DNA of 64,000 bases, taken from contig CAXXHG010000020.1 in assembly GCA_963666315.2 (NCBI GenBank), positions 9,339-73,338 on the forward strand, given 5' to 3'. Under the pieces are notes generated by a model, which had not been told where the DNA came from, made no database searches, and saw nothing but the letters and a program-made list of their open reading frames with translations. Every line of letters starts with the position of its first letter. Within the stretch, counting starts at the first letter, position 1. A program made the translations under genes and the position numbers. This stretch comes from Candidatus Binatia bacterium. GTDB lineage: Bacteria > Desulfobacterota > Binatia > Bin18. Shown here piece after piece: positions 51,111-59,855 of this stretch.

Positions 51111-51770
51111 ATGCGAATGGACCACGATCAAATAGAGCTCGTACGGCGCACTCAACCTTGCCCGCTGAGACACAGCCTGCTTTCCGTTTATATGCCGTTG
51201 CTCACCACTGGATCAAGCCCGCAACTGCTCGCAACCACCCTTCGCCATCCACACAAACGTAGGCACAGACAGCAGAACGAGGCAAAATAATCCAACACCT
51301 TCTCAGCTTCTCAGTGTCGCAGTATTGAACGCCTACGGTTTTCCCTTGACATACGCCCAGCCTGCCCGCTATAGCGCTTGCAGAGGGCAGGAGGCGTCTT
51401 TGTCATGACGGATTCACACCGGGCCAGGAAAATGCAGCAGCTTATCATCGGGTGGAGTCTCATCGGCCTATTCACAAGTGTCTGGTTGGCCCTGGCTTAG
51501 GGCGGGGAATCGTTGCACGTACTCACCGCCGGCCTAGCCCCTCATTATTTCACAATCTCTACAATCCCATACCGCTACGCGGCTTCGTTCCAGGCGGATC
51601 AGCTCTAGCGAGTCTAGACTGCAAGAGGCTGCAGCCAAAGAGGGCAAGTTTTTCGATAAGGCCCCACCCAGGTGGGTGATGCCCGAGCGAACTCGTTGAA
51701 CACGGCAAAGCCACTCGGGCGCTCAACACCTAATAAAAGCGCCTGCTCCGTGTCCCGTGCCCTCCTGCCA

Positions 51771-53201
51771 CTACCGTATGGGGCGGCACTTCCAATAGTA
51801 GTTGTGCATCGTAGGTCCCTCTTTGCGCCGCCTGAGGGTTAAGACGACCGAATCGCCAATGCGCACGTCCTCAGGATCAACGTCCGTCATCTGCAGATAC
51901 AGCCGCCCACCCTGATCGAGATCGACTACACTCATAATCGTGGGGTTGTCGGGAGCCACGTACAGATGGTCTCGGGTGAAGGTGAAAACCTGGCCGGTAT
52001 GCCCAAGCAGAACTTCCTGGAGCGAATCGTGATTCTGACACGCGCTACACACCCGCGTGATCGGATATTGGCGGGTGTTGCAACGCATACATAAGGTTCC
52101 GTGGAGGCGGACATTTTGACTTTCTTCTTTTTCCAGTAGGACGTTGGACAGCTCGGCGGCCTCCTGGTGCTCGCCATAATACGTACGCATTTTCCGAAAG
52201 ATCTGGTACGAGGGATACAGACGCTTTTCACTCACGTGGTCCGACACCGAAGACGGGAGCGGGCTGGTGCGAATCTCGTCGGTCACGCGCAGCAGTACCC
52301 CGTCCGCACCATCGCCGTAGTTGAGCAGAAGCAGCACGTCACCTGGACTCGCAACTTCCAGAGCTGCGGCAAGCAGCAGAAAAGCGGCCGCACTGCCTGG
52401 CGCGCCCATATCGTGAAACAAGGGGTCAAGCAGTTGTGTATCCTGAAAACCCAACTTCTTGGCAACGGCCGCATGCGCCCGGCCATCCGGAGAGGCGAGG
52501 ATAACCTTGGCCACATTTTGGGCTTGTAAGCTGTGTTGTTCGAGCAGTGTTTTGCCGACGCTCACCAGGCTCTTGTGATAGCCACGCTCAGTAGCAAACC
52601 GCGACGTCTGGGTCTGAATGAAATCATCCGTGTCCCGTCGCCATTCATCCCAAAAATCACTCGAGCACGTGGCCAGGCCCAAGATCTCAGCCAGCACCTT
52701 CTCCTGGCCGAGAGTCACCGCGCTACCGGCGTCTCCCAGCCACTCTTCTTCACTCTCGCCGGGTTGGCCGTCACGTACGTCACCTGCCGCAATCAAAATA
52801 TTAGACAACCGGCCGCTCTTGAGTGCGTCCAGCCCGGCCCGCAGAGCAGCCGTGGCCGAGCGCAGGCTCGCGCCAAAGTCCGCGGTTTCACACGTCGAGG
52901 GAAGATCACACGCTGCGGCAAGAAAGCTGGCCGACGAGCGCTGCCAAAAAGGGGCGGACGTTGACGCAAAGAACAGCGCGTCAATTGCGTTATTGCCTGG
53001 CTGGGTATTGCCTCGCCCGGTATTCTTCAGGTGCTCAAGACAGCGCTGGGCGGCTTCAAATCCGAGCGTGAACGCATCTTCATCAAAGTATACGGCGGCC
53101 CGCTCGCCTTTGCCGCCCCGACGATCCCACGCCTGGCCGAATTTACTGCGCTCCAGGCGACAAAAAGGAATATGATAGCCGCAACTTGTAATGCCGATCA
53201 T
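51771..53201 (-). CDS. HMG-CoA-synthase-like domain fused to DUF35 (Zn-ribbon plus OB-fold), thiolase partner
   Basis: DEDAFTLG, GDAGSA, YGDGADG, then CxxC-x10-CxxC, GQVFTFT and YYWKCRP. Confidence 0.88.
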   Translation of the reverse strand: MIGITSCGYHIPFCRLERSKFGQAWDRRGGKGERAAVYFDEDAFTLGFEAAQRCLEHLKNTGRGNTQPGNNAIDALFFASTSAPFWQRSSASFLAAACDLPSTCETADFGASLRSATAALRAGLDALKSGRLSNILIAAGDVRDGQPGESEEEWLGDAGSAVTLGQEKVLAEILGLATCSSDFWDEWRRDTDDFIQTQTSRFATERGYHKSLVSVGKTLLEQHSLQAQNVAKVILASPDGRAHAAVAKKLGFQDTQLLDPLFHDMGAPGSAAAFLLLAAALEVASPGDVLLLLNYGDGADGVLLRVTDEIRTSPLPSSVSDHVSEKRLYPSYQIFRKMRTYYGEHQEAAELSNVLLEKEESQNVRLHGTLCMRCNTRQYPITRVCSACQNHDSLQEVLLGHTGQVFTFTRDHLYVAPDNPTIMSVVDLDQGGRLYLQMTDVDPEDVRIGDSVVLTLRRRKEGPTMHNYYWKCRPIR

Positions 53202-53210
53202 AGCCTCTTC

Positions 53211-54101
53211 CTACGCGAGCCCAGCTTGCTTGGCTCGCTCAAGAATAGTGCGCACCCGGGTGAGATGGGGCACATCGACCATCTGGCCTTTAAAGCTAAA
53301 CGCCATCTTGCCCCCCTTTTCATTTTCTTCAAACGCAGCCAGGAGTTCTTGGCTTTCGGCAATCTCTTCAGCCGACGGGCTAAACACGGTGTTGACCGTG
53401 TCTATCTGATTCGGGTGGATGGTGATTTTACCCGTAAAGCCCATCCACGCCCCCTCGACACAGTCTCGTTGGAAGCCTGCAACATCACGGATATCGACGA
53501 ACACCGTGTCCAGCGGCTGTACCCCGGCCGCCGTTGCGGCCAACAACGTCATGATGCGCGCATAACGAAAAACCTCAAGAAACCGGCCGGCCTCATCCCG
53601 ATTACGTCGAGCGCCAATGGCGGCCGATAAATCCTCAGCGCCCCACGACAAGGCATCCACTCGCGGACAGGCACCAAAGTCCTTGATGTTCAGCAGCCCC
53701 TCGGGTGTCTCGGTTGCCAGCACGACTAATTTGACTTCTCCGGGTGCGTAGTCGAGTTGTTTTTCCATACGGGTCAGAATCGCATCAATTTTGAATAGGT
53801 CATCTTTAGTCCGTACTTTCGGTACGAGGTAGGAGTCCGGTCGACCCTGCATCGTCATTTCAAGGTCGTGTACTCCCCACGGCGTATCCAGGGGGTTCAT
53901 CCGCACCATGCGTTCCTGGCGGCCGAAGTCTATATTTTTGAGCCAGTCAGTCACAGTCTCGCGGGCCGTGTCCTTATTGTCCGGCGTGACCGCATCTTCA
54001 AGGTCCAGCACCAGCGAGTCTGCCGCCAAAGCCAGCGACTTATTCAGCATCTTTTCATCTGCCCCCGGCACAAAGTGCACGGCGCGGCGTAAGCGTGTCA
54101 T
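53211..54101 (-). CDS. CitE/malyl-CoA lyase family CoA-ester lyase
   Basis: Motifs LDLEDAV, VRMN, WGAEDL, GFTGKITIHPNQI, MVDVPH. Confidence 0.9.
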   Translation of the reverse strand: MTRLRRAVHFVPGADEKMLNKSLALAADSLVLDLEDAVTPDNKDTARETVTDWLKNIDFGRQERMVRMNPLDTPWGVHDLEMTMQGRPDSYLVPKVRTKDDLFKIDAILTRMEKQLDYAPGEVKLVVLATETPEGLLNIKDFGACPRVDALSWGAEDLSAAIGARRNRDEAGRFLEVFRYARIMTLLAATAAGVQPLDTVFVDIRDVAGFQRDCVEGAWMGFTGKITIHPNQIDTVNTVFSPSAEEIAESQELLAAFEENEKGGKMAFSFKGQMVDVPHLTRVRTILERAKQAGLA

Positions 54102-54129
54102 GAGCTGTCTCCGTTATCCGGCGCGGGGC

Positions 54130-54591
54130 CTACGAGATTTGAGCCTCTTTTTTTCGCATCATGGCCCCGCGCCGGCAGTGCATAACGATTGCACCGCGCT
54201 GATTCTTAGCCTTATGCTCAAAGGTGATAATGCCCCACTGCGGACGCGAGCGGGATTCACGCTTGGCCACAACCTCAGTTTCTATATACAGGGTGTCACC
54301 AATGAAAACGGGCTTAGGGAACTTCACCTCTTCAAAACCAAGATTGCCGACCGTCGTGCCCAGCGTGGTATCGCCAACCGACAGGCCCACGGCCAAACCC
54401 AGCGTAAAAATACTGTTGACCAAACGTTGTCCAAATTCGGCTTTTTTTGCGAACTCTTCGTCCAAGTGCAGAGGCTGGGGGTTCATGGTCATGGTGGTGA
54501 ATAAGAGATTGTCCGTCTCAGTGATGGTGCGTCCGGGTTGATGCTGGAATACGTCGCCGACGTTTAATTCTTCAAAGTATTTTCCGGCCAT
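54130..54591 (-). CDS. MaoC family dehydratase
   Basis: Motifs [34 protein letters not shown]. Confidence 0.92.
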   Translation of the reverse strand: MAGKYFEELNVGDVFQHQPGRTITETDNLLFTTMTMNPQPLHLDEEFAKKAEFGQRLVNSIFTLGLAVGLSVGDTTLGTTVGNLGFEEVKFPKPVFIGDTLYIETEVVAKRESRSRPQWGIITFEHKAKNQRGAIVMHCRRGAMMRKKEAQIS

Positions 54592-54726
54592 ATCGTCCTC
54601 CCCTATCGTTCTATATCGTCTTTGGTCTCGCACCTCTTCAGCCGAAGAGGCCTGTGGACGTTTGCTTACCATGTCCGCCGGACTCGTGCCAGCGAGGTGG
54701 ACCGGAGGCCGGCTAATCAGTTTGCC

Positions 54727-55929
54727 CTAGTCGGTTTGGTACCGCACTCGATCTGCCTGATACCAAATTCGCCCGTCTTTAATGGTGAGATGGGCGACGA
54801 GCTTGTACTCGCCGGTCATATGATTCTGATCCGTATCCACAAAATCAAACTCTCCCTGCTCAAGGCTTAATACTGCGACATCGGCAATCGCCCCCGGTTT
54901 GAGCGTGCCGATTTGCTCATGCTCTCCAATGACACGGGCGGGATTGGTGGTGACACATCGGACAACGTCTTCCAGCGTCATGCCCAAATTCAGCAGCTTG
55001 GACATGGTTGTAGGCAGATCAAAAACCGGCCCCTTGGTCGCACTCGGGATAGTGAGGTCGGTCGCAATTGTATCGGGCAAGAAACCGGCGTCCAACGCCT
55101 GCCGAACAAACTCAAAGGGGAAATGCATCCGCCCGTGCGCGCAGTCAAAAATGATACCCTCTTTTTGAGCGGCCCAGACTTCTCTGAGAATGGCTTTCTT
55201 CTCCGGCCCCATGATGCCGTATGCGAAGCCGTGGAAGCAGTGAGTGATCACATCGCCGGGTTTCAGGAATTCTAGAATATGCGGCACGGGCAGCAGGGCA
55301 TCGGTGATGTGCACCATGAGCGGTACATTCGCCATGTCAGCCGCTTGGCGCGCAAGCCGCAGCGGTTCCGTTCCCGCAGAGTCAGGCACGACCTTATTGC
55401 TAAACCGCAGCTTGACTCCAATGGCGAGGTCTCGATTATTTATGATCGTTCGGGCACATCCCTCCGGGTCGGCATAATCCATATGCATGAGTTCACCGAC
55501 CTGGAGATGAATGAGGCCCAAAGCAGACAGGTGGATGAAGCAGCGTAAGCGGACTTCGCTTTGCTTGGCCACATACTGGCGCAATCCGGGAAAGGTGGCC
55601 GAGCCGGAACTGCCCGCATCAACAATCGTAGTCACGCCACTGGCCGCGCAGCGTTGATCGGTCTCAGGGCCCATGTCGTGCGCGTTCACAAACGTATGGG
55701 CATGGATATCAATCAGTCCGGGACACACAATCTTGCCGGACACATTACGGACGCGGACTGATTGTGTGGCAGGAATCTCGGGTTCGATTGCAGCAATCTT
55801 ACCGTTGCGTATGGCAACGTCTGCTTTTTGCCGCTTTTGATATAACGGCCAACCGGCGTCAAGCACATCGCCGCCTTGTAAGAGGAGATCGTACTTGACC
55901 TCGTGTTCCGCTTGGTGGGATTGTGCCAT
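54727..55929 (-). CDS. Amidohydrolase/deacetylase family metallohydrolase (dihydroorotase-like)
   Basis: Motifs PGLIDIHAH, GVTTIVDAGS, PLMVH, THCFHG, PDTIATD. Confidence 0.9.
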   Translation of the reverse strand: MAQSHQAEHEVKYDLLLQGGDVLDAGWPLYQKRQKADVAIRNGKIAAIEPEIPATQSVRVRNVSGKIVCPGLIDIHAHTFVNAHDMGPETDQRCAASGVTTIVDAGSSGSATFPGLRQYVAKQSEVRLRCFIHLSALGLIHLQVGELMHMDYADPEGCARTIINNRDLAIGVKLRFSNKVVPDSAGTEPLRLARQAADMANVPLMVHITDALLPVPHILEFLKPGDVITHCFHGFAYGIMGPEKKAILREVWAAQKEGIIFDCAHGRMHFPFEFVRQALDAGFLPDTIATDLTIPSATKGPVFDLPTTMSKLLNLGMTLEDVVRCVTTNPARVIGEHEQIGTLKPGAIADVAVLSLEQGEFDFVDTDQNHMTGEYKLVAHLTIKDGRIWYQADRVRYQTD

Positions 55930-56043
55930 TGCTTCCTCCTTCTCCCAGAATGGCTGCCGTGAGTCGTTACAGGTCCTTGAGCGGCTTAGTTCACCGAATG
56001 CTGAGGTCGCAAGAAAAAGTCTGGCGAGAGTAGCGGAGCAAAT

Positions 56044-56090
56044 GTAGGGGCGCGGTTCCCGCGCCCGTCCGGAGCGATCATACACCCTAC
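56044..56090. repeat. GTAG-type REP-like element
   Basis: GTAGGGGCGCGGTTCCCGCGCCC...CACCCTAC. Confidence 0.55.
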
Positions 56091-56717
56091 CACGTATTCT
56101 CGTGGACCAATTTCTCAAGCGGAATTTTCGGATTGGACGGCTTGCGCGGTTTCTCAGCCGGATAGCCTATCGTGATCAACCCAACCGGGCGAATATGCTT
56201 TGGAAGCTGAAAAATCTTTGCCACTTCCGCTGAATCATACGAGCCAACAAAACACGCACCTAAACCTTGCTCAGTCGCACCAAGCAGAATAAGCAACGAC
56301 GCAAAGGACGTATCCACCAAGCTATAAAAAGATCCACGTGTACCGTATTTCTCGCCCATGCGCTGAGTGTCAGCACAGGTGGCAATGATAATCGGCGCGG
56401 TCGCCACCGAGTTTTGGCTCATCGCAGCTTTGGCCAGTTTGACACGAACCTCTGGGTCACGCACAATAACAAATTCCCACGGCTGGAGAACACCTGCTGG
56501 GCGCGCGCACGGCATACTGCAGCAGCTTCTTGACCGCTTCGTCTGGAACCGGCTTGTCCTCATACTTCCGGATCATGCCTCGGCGTTTTACCACCGACGC
56601 GAAACTGGGAGTTTCTCCTTGCTCTATAGCGTGGGCAAGGTCATACGCCTGACTGAGGAGTACAGCAGTGCCGATGCCCTGGAGCACGCGGCGGCGGGTT
56701 AGCGTTTTCTTGGGCAT
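56087..56717 (-). CDS. Nitroreductase family protein with a Tat-like leader, frameshifted near 56496
   Basis: TRRRVL leader; RRGMIRKY...RAPS in ORF 56457-56717 continues as AGVLQPWEFVIV...GLGACFVG...IGYP in ORF 56087-56563. Confidence 0.8.
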
Positions 56718-56751
56718 AGAGAGCTTAAGGTCGACGAACCCTTTGGGATTC

Positions 56752-56787
56752 CCCTCACCTTAATCCTCTCCCCTGCGGGGCGAGGAA
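56752..56787. repeat. REP-like element
   Basis: CCCCTCACCTTAATCCTCTCCCCTGCGGGGCGAGGA intergenic hairpin. Confidence 0.45.
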
Positions 56788-56814
56788 ACCTAAAGGGAAA
56801 TACGAGATAAAGCC

Positions 56815-57927
56815 TTACCGATCTACAAAGCGCAACACACTCACCCCTCCGGTTTGTGTATGGCCAAGAGGGATCTTTGTGATCAGATCGAGCGAGTCAG
56901 CATCAAACACTGCCACATCATGCCAGTTGCTGCCGCAGTAAACCTTTTTGCCTTCAGGGTGAATCAGGGCAGCAAAATAGGTATTGGAGAGAGCTACCTT
57001 TTTCTCTATGTAACGTGTTTTGGGATCAACCTTCCACAAATTGTTGTACGCAAAATACGCCTTGTTCGTATGCGGTGAAAGAGAGCCAGTGATCACATAT
57101 TCACTCTCATCAAAGGGCTGCAGTTCAACAATCTCAAGCTCTGGTGCTTCCAGGGTGAGGTCAAGCGTGCCAATACCGAGGGTCGTCTGATTGGTAATGG
57201 AATCTAGGGTGAACGTACCAAACGAGACAAGGTGACCGCTTTCTTGATAATTGCCGCCCAGAGGCAGGCCGTCGGTCCTCGCAATGCCGCTGATGTTGCG
57301 GTTAGCAAGGGGAATGGTGTCAAGTAGCGTTCCATCTTCGGTGTCATGCACAAAAATGTCTTGACCAACACTGAACAGGTACAGGCGTTTTCCATCCTTT
57401 GATGAGGCAAGACCCATCACCTGCCGGGGTGCGGGAAACGTTGTGACCGTCTCATTGGTCTCCAGGTTGATCACCCGGATGCGATTTTCTAGTGCAGTAT
57501 ACCTGCCCAGGTCTTTCTTGATTGGCATCTCATGCACGAACAGGCGTGTGCCCTGCGTATTCACGTCAATCGCCATGGTCCGCACGAGTTCATCATCGTT
57601 CGATAAGTCAAAGCTCCTGACTTGCTTGCCTTCGTCAAGATCGACCATGGCCACGCTTTGGGCCAGATTATTCACCACATAGGCAAACTGCGGGCGGGCG
57701 GGATTGGGTGCAATATTGAGGGCCGGACCTCTGCCCTCAAGGGCGATCTCTTTGACCACCTTGTCGGTTTCCGTGTCGACAATGACGAGATTATTGGGAT
57801 GGACGCTCGCCAGCAGATACCACTTGGCCCATCCCGTCTGGGGGACGGCGAGCAGGACACACAGGAAGACGAGGCACCACGCAGACTGCAGATCTTTTGC
57901 TTGCACCGCCAGCTCCTTCCGCAACAC
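56815..57927 (-). CDS. qhpB: Quinohemoprotein amine dehydrogenase beta subunit
   Basis: Signal peptide; beta-propeller motifs HPNNLVIVD and PAPRQV; follows qhpC. Confidence 0.88.
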   Translation of the reverse strand: MLRKELAVQAKDLQSAWCLVFLCVLLAVPQTGWAKWYLLASVHPNNLVIVDTETDKVVKEIALEGRGPALNIAPNPARPQFAYVVNNLAQSVAMVDLDEGKQVRSFDLSNDDELVRTMAIDVNTQGTRLFVHEMPIKKDLGRYTALENRIRVINLETNETVTTFPAPRQVMGLASSKDGKRLYLFSVGQDIFVHDTEDGTLLDTIPLANRNISGIARTDGLPLGGNYQESGHLVSFGTFTLDSITNQTTLGIGTLDLTLEAPELEIVELQPFDESEYVITGSLSPHTNKAYFAYNNLWKVDPKTRYIEKKVALSNTYFAALIHPEGKKVYCGSNWHDVAVFDADSLDLITKIPLGHTQTGGVSVLRFVDR

Positions 57928-57943
57928 GCATGTACTCCCAGTC

Positions 57944-58312
57944 TTATTTACCAGCTTTGGGAAAGACGACGTCCAGATTACGCCAGTCTTCTTGGTTCAT
58001 GCCGGAGCAGCCTTTGGCCCATTCGGGGGAATTCTGTAAACTGTCCGGCACTTGGGCCGGCCACCAACACAGATTGGAGCAGCTCAGCAGGTCGGCTTCC
58101 ATGGGTGCGCACATACTGCTCACCCCGCCCCACGGGTTGGCCTCCCAGCCGGGATTAAAGATAGTCGTACAGCCAATGGGCTGGGCCATAGCCACGACAT
58201 CTTCTACTACTTCCGGCACTACTCCTTGCACGACACCTTTTTGGGCAGCGGCTTTTTCCACAGTCGCTTTGACGGCCTCGGCTTTTCGATTCGCGGCTTT
58301 GAGGTGTTTCAT
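57944..58312 (-). CDS. qhpC: Quinohemoprotein amine dehydrogenase gamma subunit (CTQ precursor)
   Basis: Leader MKHLKAANRKA; core GCTTIFNPGWE, CAPMEAD, CSNLCWWPAQVPD, DWRNL. Confidence 0.95.
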   Translation of the reverse strand: MKHLKAANRKAEAVKATVEKAAAQKGVVQGVVPEVVEDVVAMAQPIGCTTIFNPGWEANPWGGVSSMCAPMEADLLSCSNLCWWPAQVPDSLQNSPEWAKGCSGMNQEDWRNLDVVFPKAGK

Positions 58313-58333
58313 ACTATGCTCCCCATACACACC

Positions 58334-59806
58334 CTACGTTAATTCCTTCGGGGCATCCCCTCGACCACGTACCACATACTGCTCAATAAACCCAGGATTT
58401 TTCTCTTCCAGCTGCATATACACCCGAATGCCATACTCGGTCCATTCTCGCAGGAAATCGCAGTAGTGCAGATTGGGCAATGTGGCATCCCCAAACTCAG
58501 TCATGGCTTCATGATAACAACCGCCGCCACACAGACCCCGGATCCAACACGTTTGACACACCGGCTTATTACCAAGATGGGCGCCATTGATGAAGGTATT
58601 CAGACGATCATAGTCCACGCCGTCTTTCACATTGCCGTATTTCTGCTCTTCGTTGCCGGGGAAGCGGTGGCAGAGATATACGTCGCCATTGCCATCAACA
58701 TCCAAAAGCCCAAGGCCCGCTCCACACGGGAAGAACTTATTCGTCCCGAGGTGGATATCCGTAAGCATCGTGCTCAGATTTGAAAATCCAGTGTATTGAT
58801 TGTTGAGCGCCCGCTCGACATACAGCTGGCCAAGTTCGCGGAATTGGCTCAGCAGCTCACGCAAATCGGTGGGCTCAAGACCATACTCCGTTCCAGCCTC
58901 AGCCGTGACAGGTGAAAACCCGACTTCAAAAAAGCCCAGTTCGGCCAGATGTTCGTAGGTGCGAACGACATCAATAGCGTCTTTTGTCACCGTCACACGC
59001 GCGACAACGGGTCGTGCGGTGTAGCGCTCAAGCAACCGCTCTAAGCGCGGCCGTAAGAGGTCATACGAGCCTTTTTGTTCCCCACGCTTATTCAGGAAGA
59101 CGCGGCGTTTATCGTGCAAGTCCTTGGGCCCATCGATGCTGATGGTCAGGCCGAATCGGTGTGCTTGGAAAAAATCGATAATCTCGTCGGTCAGCAAGGT
59201 TCCATTGGTGGTCAGCGAATAGTCTATTATTTTCTCTTCCGCCTCGGCCTTTTCCCCTGCGTAGGCCACAATCTGGCGCATGAGTTTGAAATTCAGCAGG
59301 GCTTCGCCACCGAAGAAGATAAGATTGATCTCTTTGCTCTGACCGGATTTCTTAAACAAGAAATCCACACTCTCGCGGGCCGTGTCCCAGTCCATTTGGA
59401 CCGGAGACGGTCCGTATTTCGCGCCTTCGGGCTCGTAGCAATAGGTGCAATGGAGATTACATTTGTTGGCAACATTCACCACCAACGAGCTGACAGGGAA
59501 ATGCTCGACATCCAGCGTCGGCACCGCGGCCCGAGATGGGGAGCGATCGTGGGCGTGCAGAATCTCTAAGGCAATGAACTCTTGGACCGTCTCGGCCACT
59601 TCATCCACAGAAAACTGATCGACCAACGCCTCAGTCAGTTGCTCATGGGTACAGTGCGGATGTGACTCCGCATAGCGCAAGACGGCCTGCGAGGCGGGGT
59701 CCATGACAAACATAGACATACTCTTGGACGCGACCAGGATGTCCATATTGTCCTGGCCATCGCGAGCAATAGCATGTGCATTTTCAGGTCGAAAGTGAAG
59801 ATCCAT
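58334..59806 (-). CDS. qhpD: Radical SAM/SPASM thioether-forming maturase
   Basis: CNLHCTYC; SPASM motifs CGAG, CHRF, CQTC...CGGGCYHE; between qhpA and qhpC. Confidence 0.93.
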   Translation of the reverse strand: MDLHFRPENAHAIARDGQDNMDILVASKSMSMFVMDPASQAVLRYAESHPHCTHEQLTEALVDQFSVDEVAETVQEFIALEILHAHDRSPSRAAVPTLDVEHFPVSSLVVNVANKCNLHCTYCYEPEGAKYGPSPVQMDWDTARESVDFLFKKSGQSKEINLIFFGGEALLNFKLMRQIVAYAGEKAEAEEKIIDYSLTTNGTLLTDEIIDFFQAHRFGLTISIDGPKDLHDKRRVFLNKRGEQKGSYDLLRPRLERLLERYTARPVVARVTVTKDAIDVVRTYEHLAELGFFEVGFSPVTAEAGTEYGLEPTDLRELLSQFRELGQLYVERALNNQYTGFSNLSTMLTDIHLGTNKFFPCGAGLGLLDVDGNGDVYLCHRFPGNEEQKYGNVKDGVDYDRLNTFINGAHLGNKPVCQTCWIRGLCGGGCYHEAMTEFGDATLPNLHYCDFLREWTEYGIRVYMQLEEKNPGFIEQYVVRGRGDAPKELT

Positions 59807-59855
59807 TGTTCTCGGCCCTCCAATTATTCTCGGCTTTTAAAAAATCCATATCACT

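Noticed and set aside
51380-51730. Structured ncRNA (RNase P, tmRNA, SRP or 6S) in the long intergenic gap
   Set aside because: No conserved signature recognised; contains REP-like elements and a decayed ORF
57944-59806. Radical SAM plus small Cys-rich peptide as a novel RiPP cluster
   Set aside because: Matches the known QhpC/QhpD system, with flanking qhpA and qhpB
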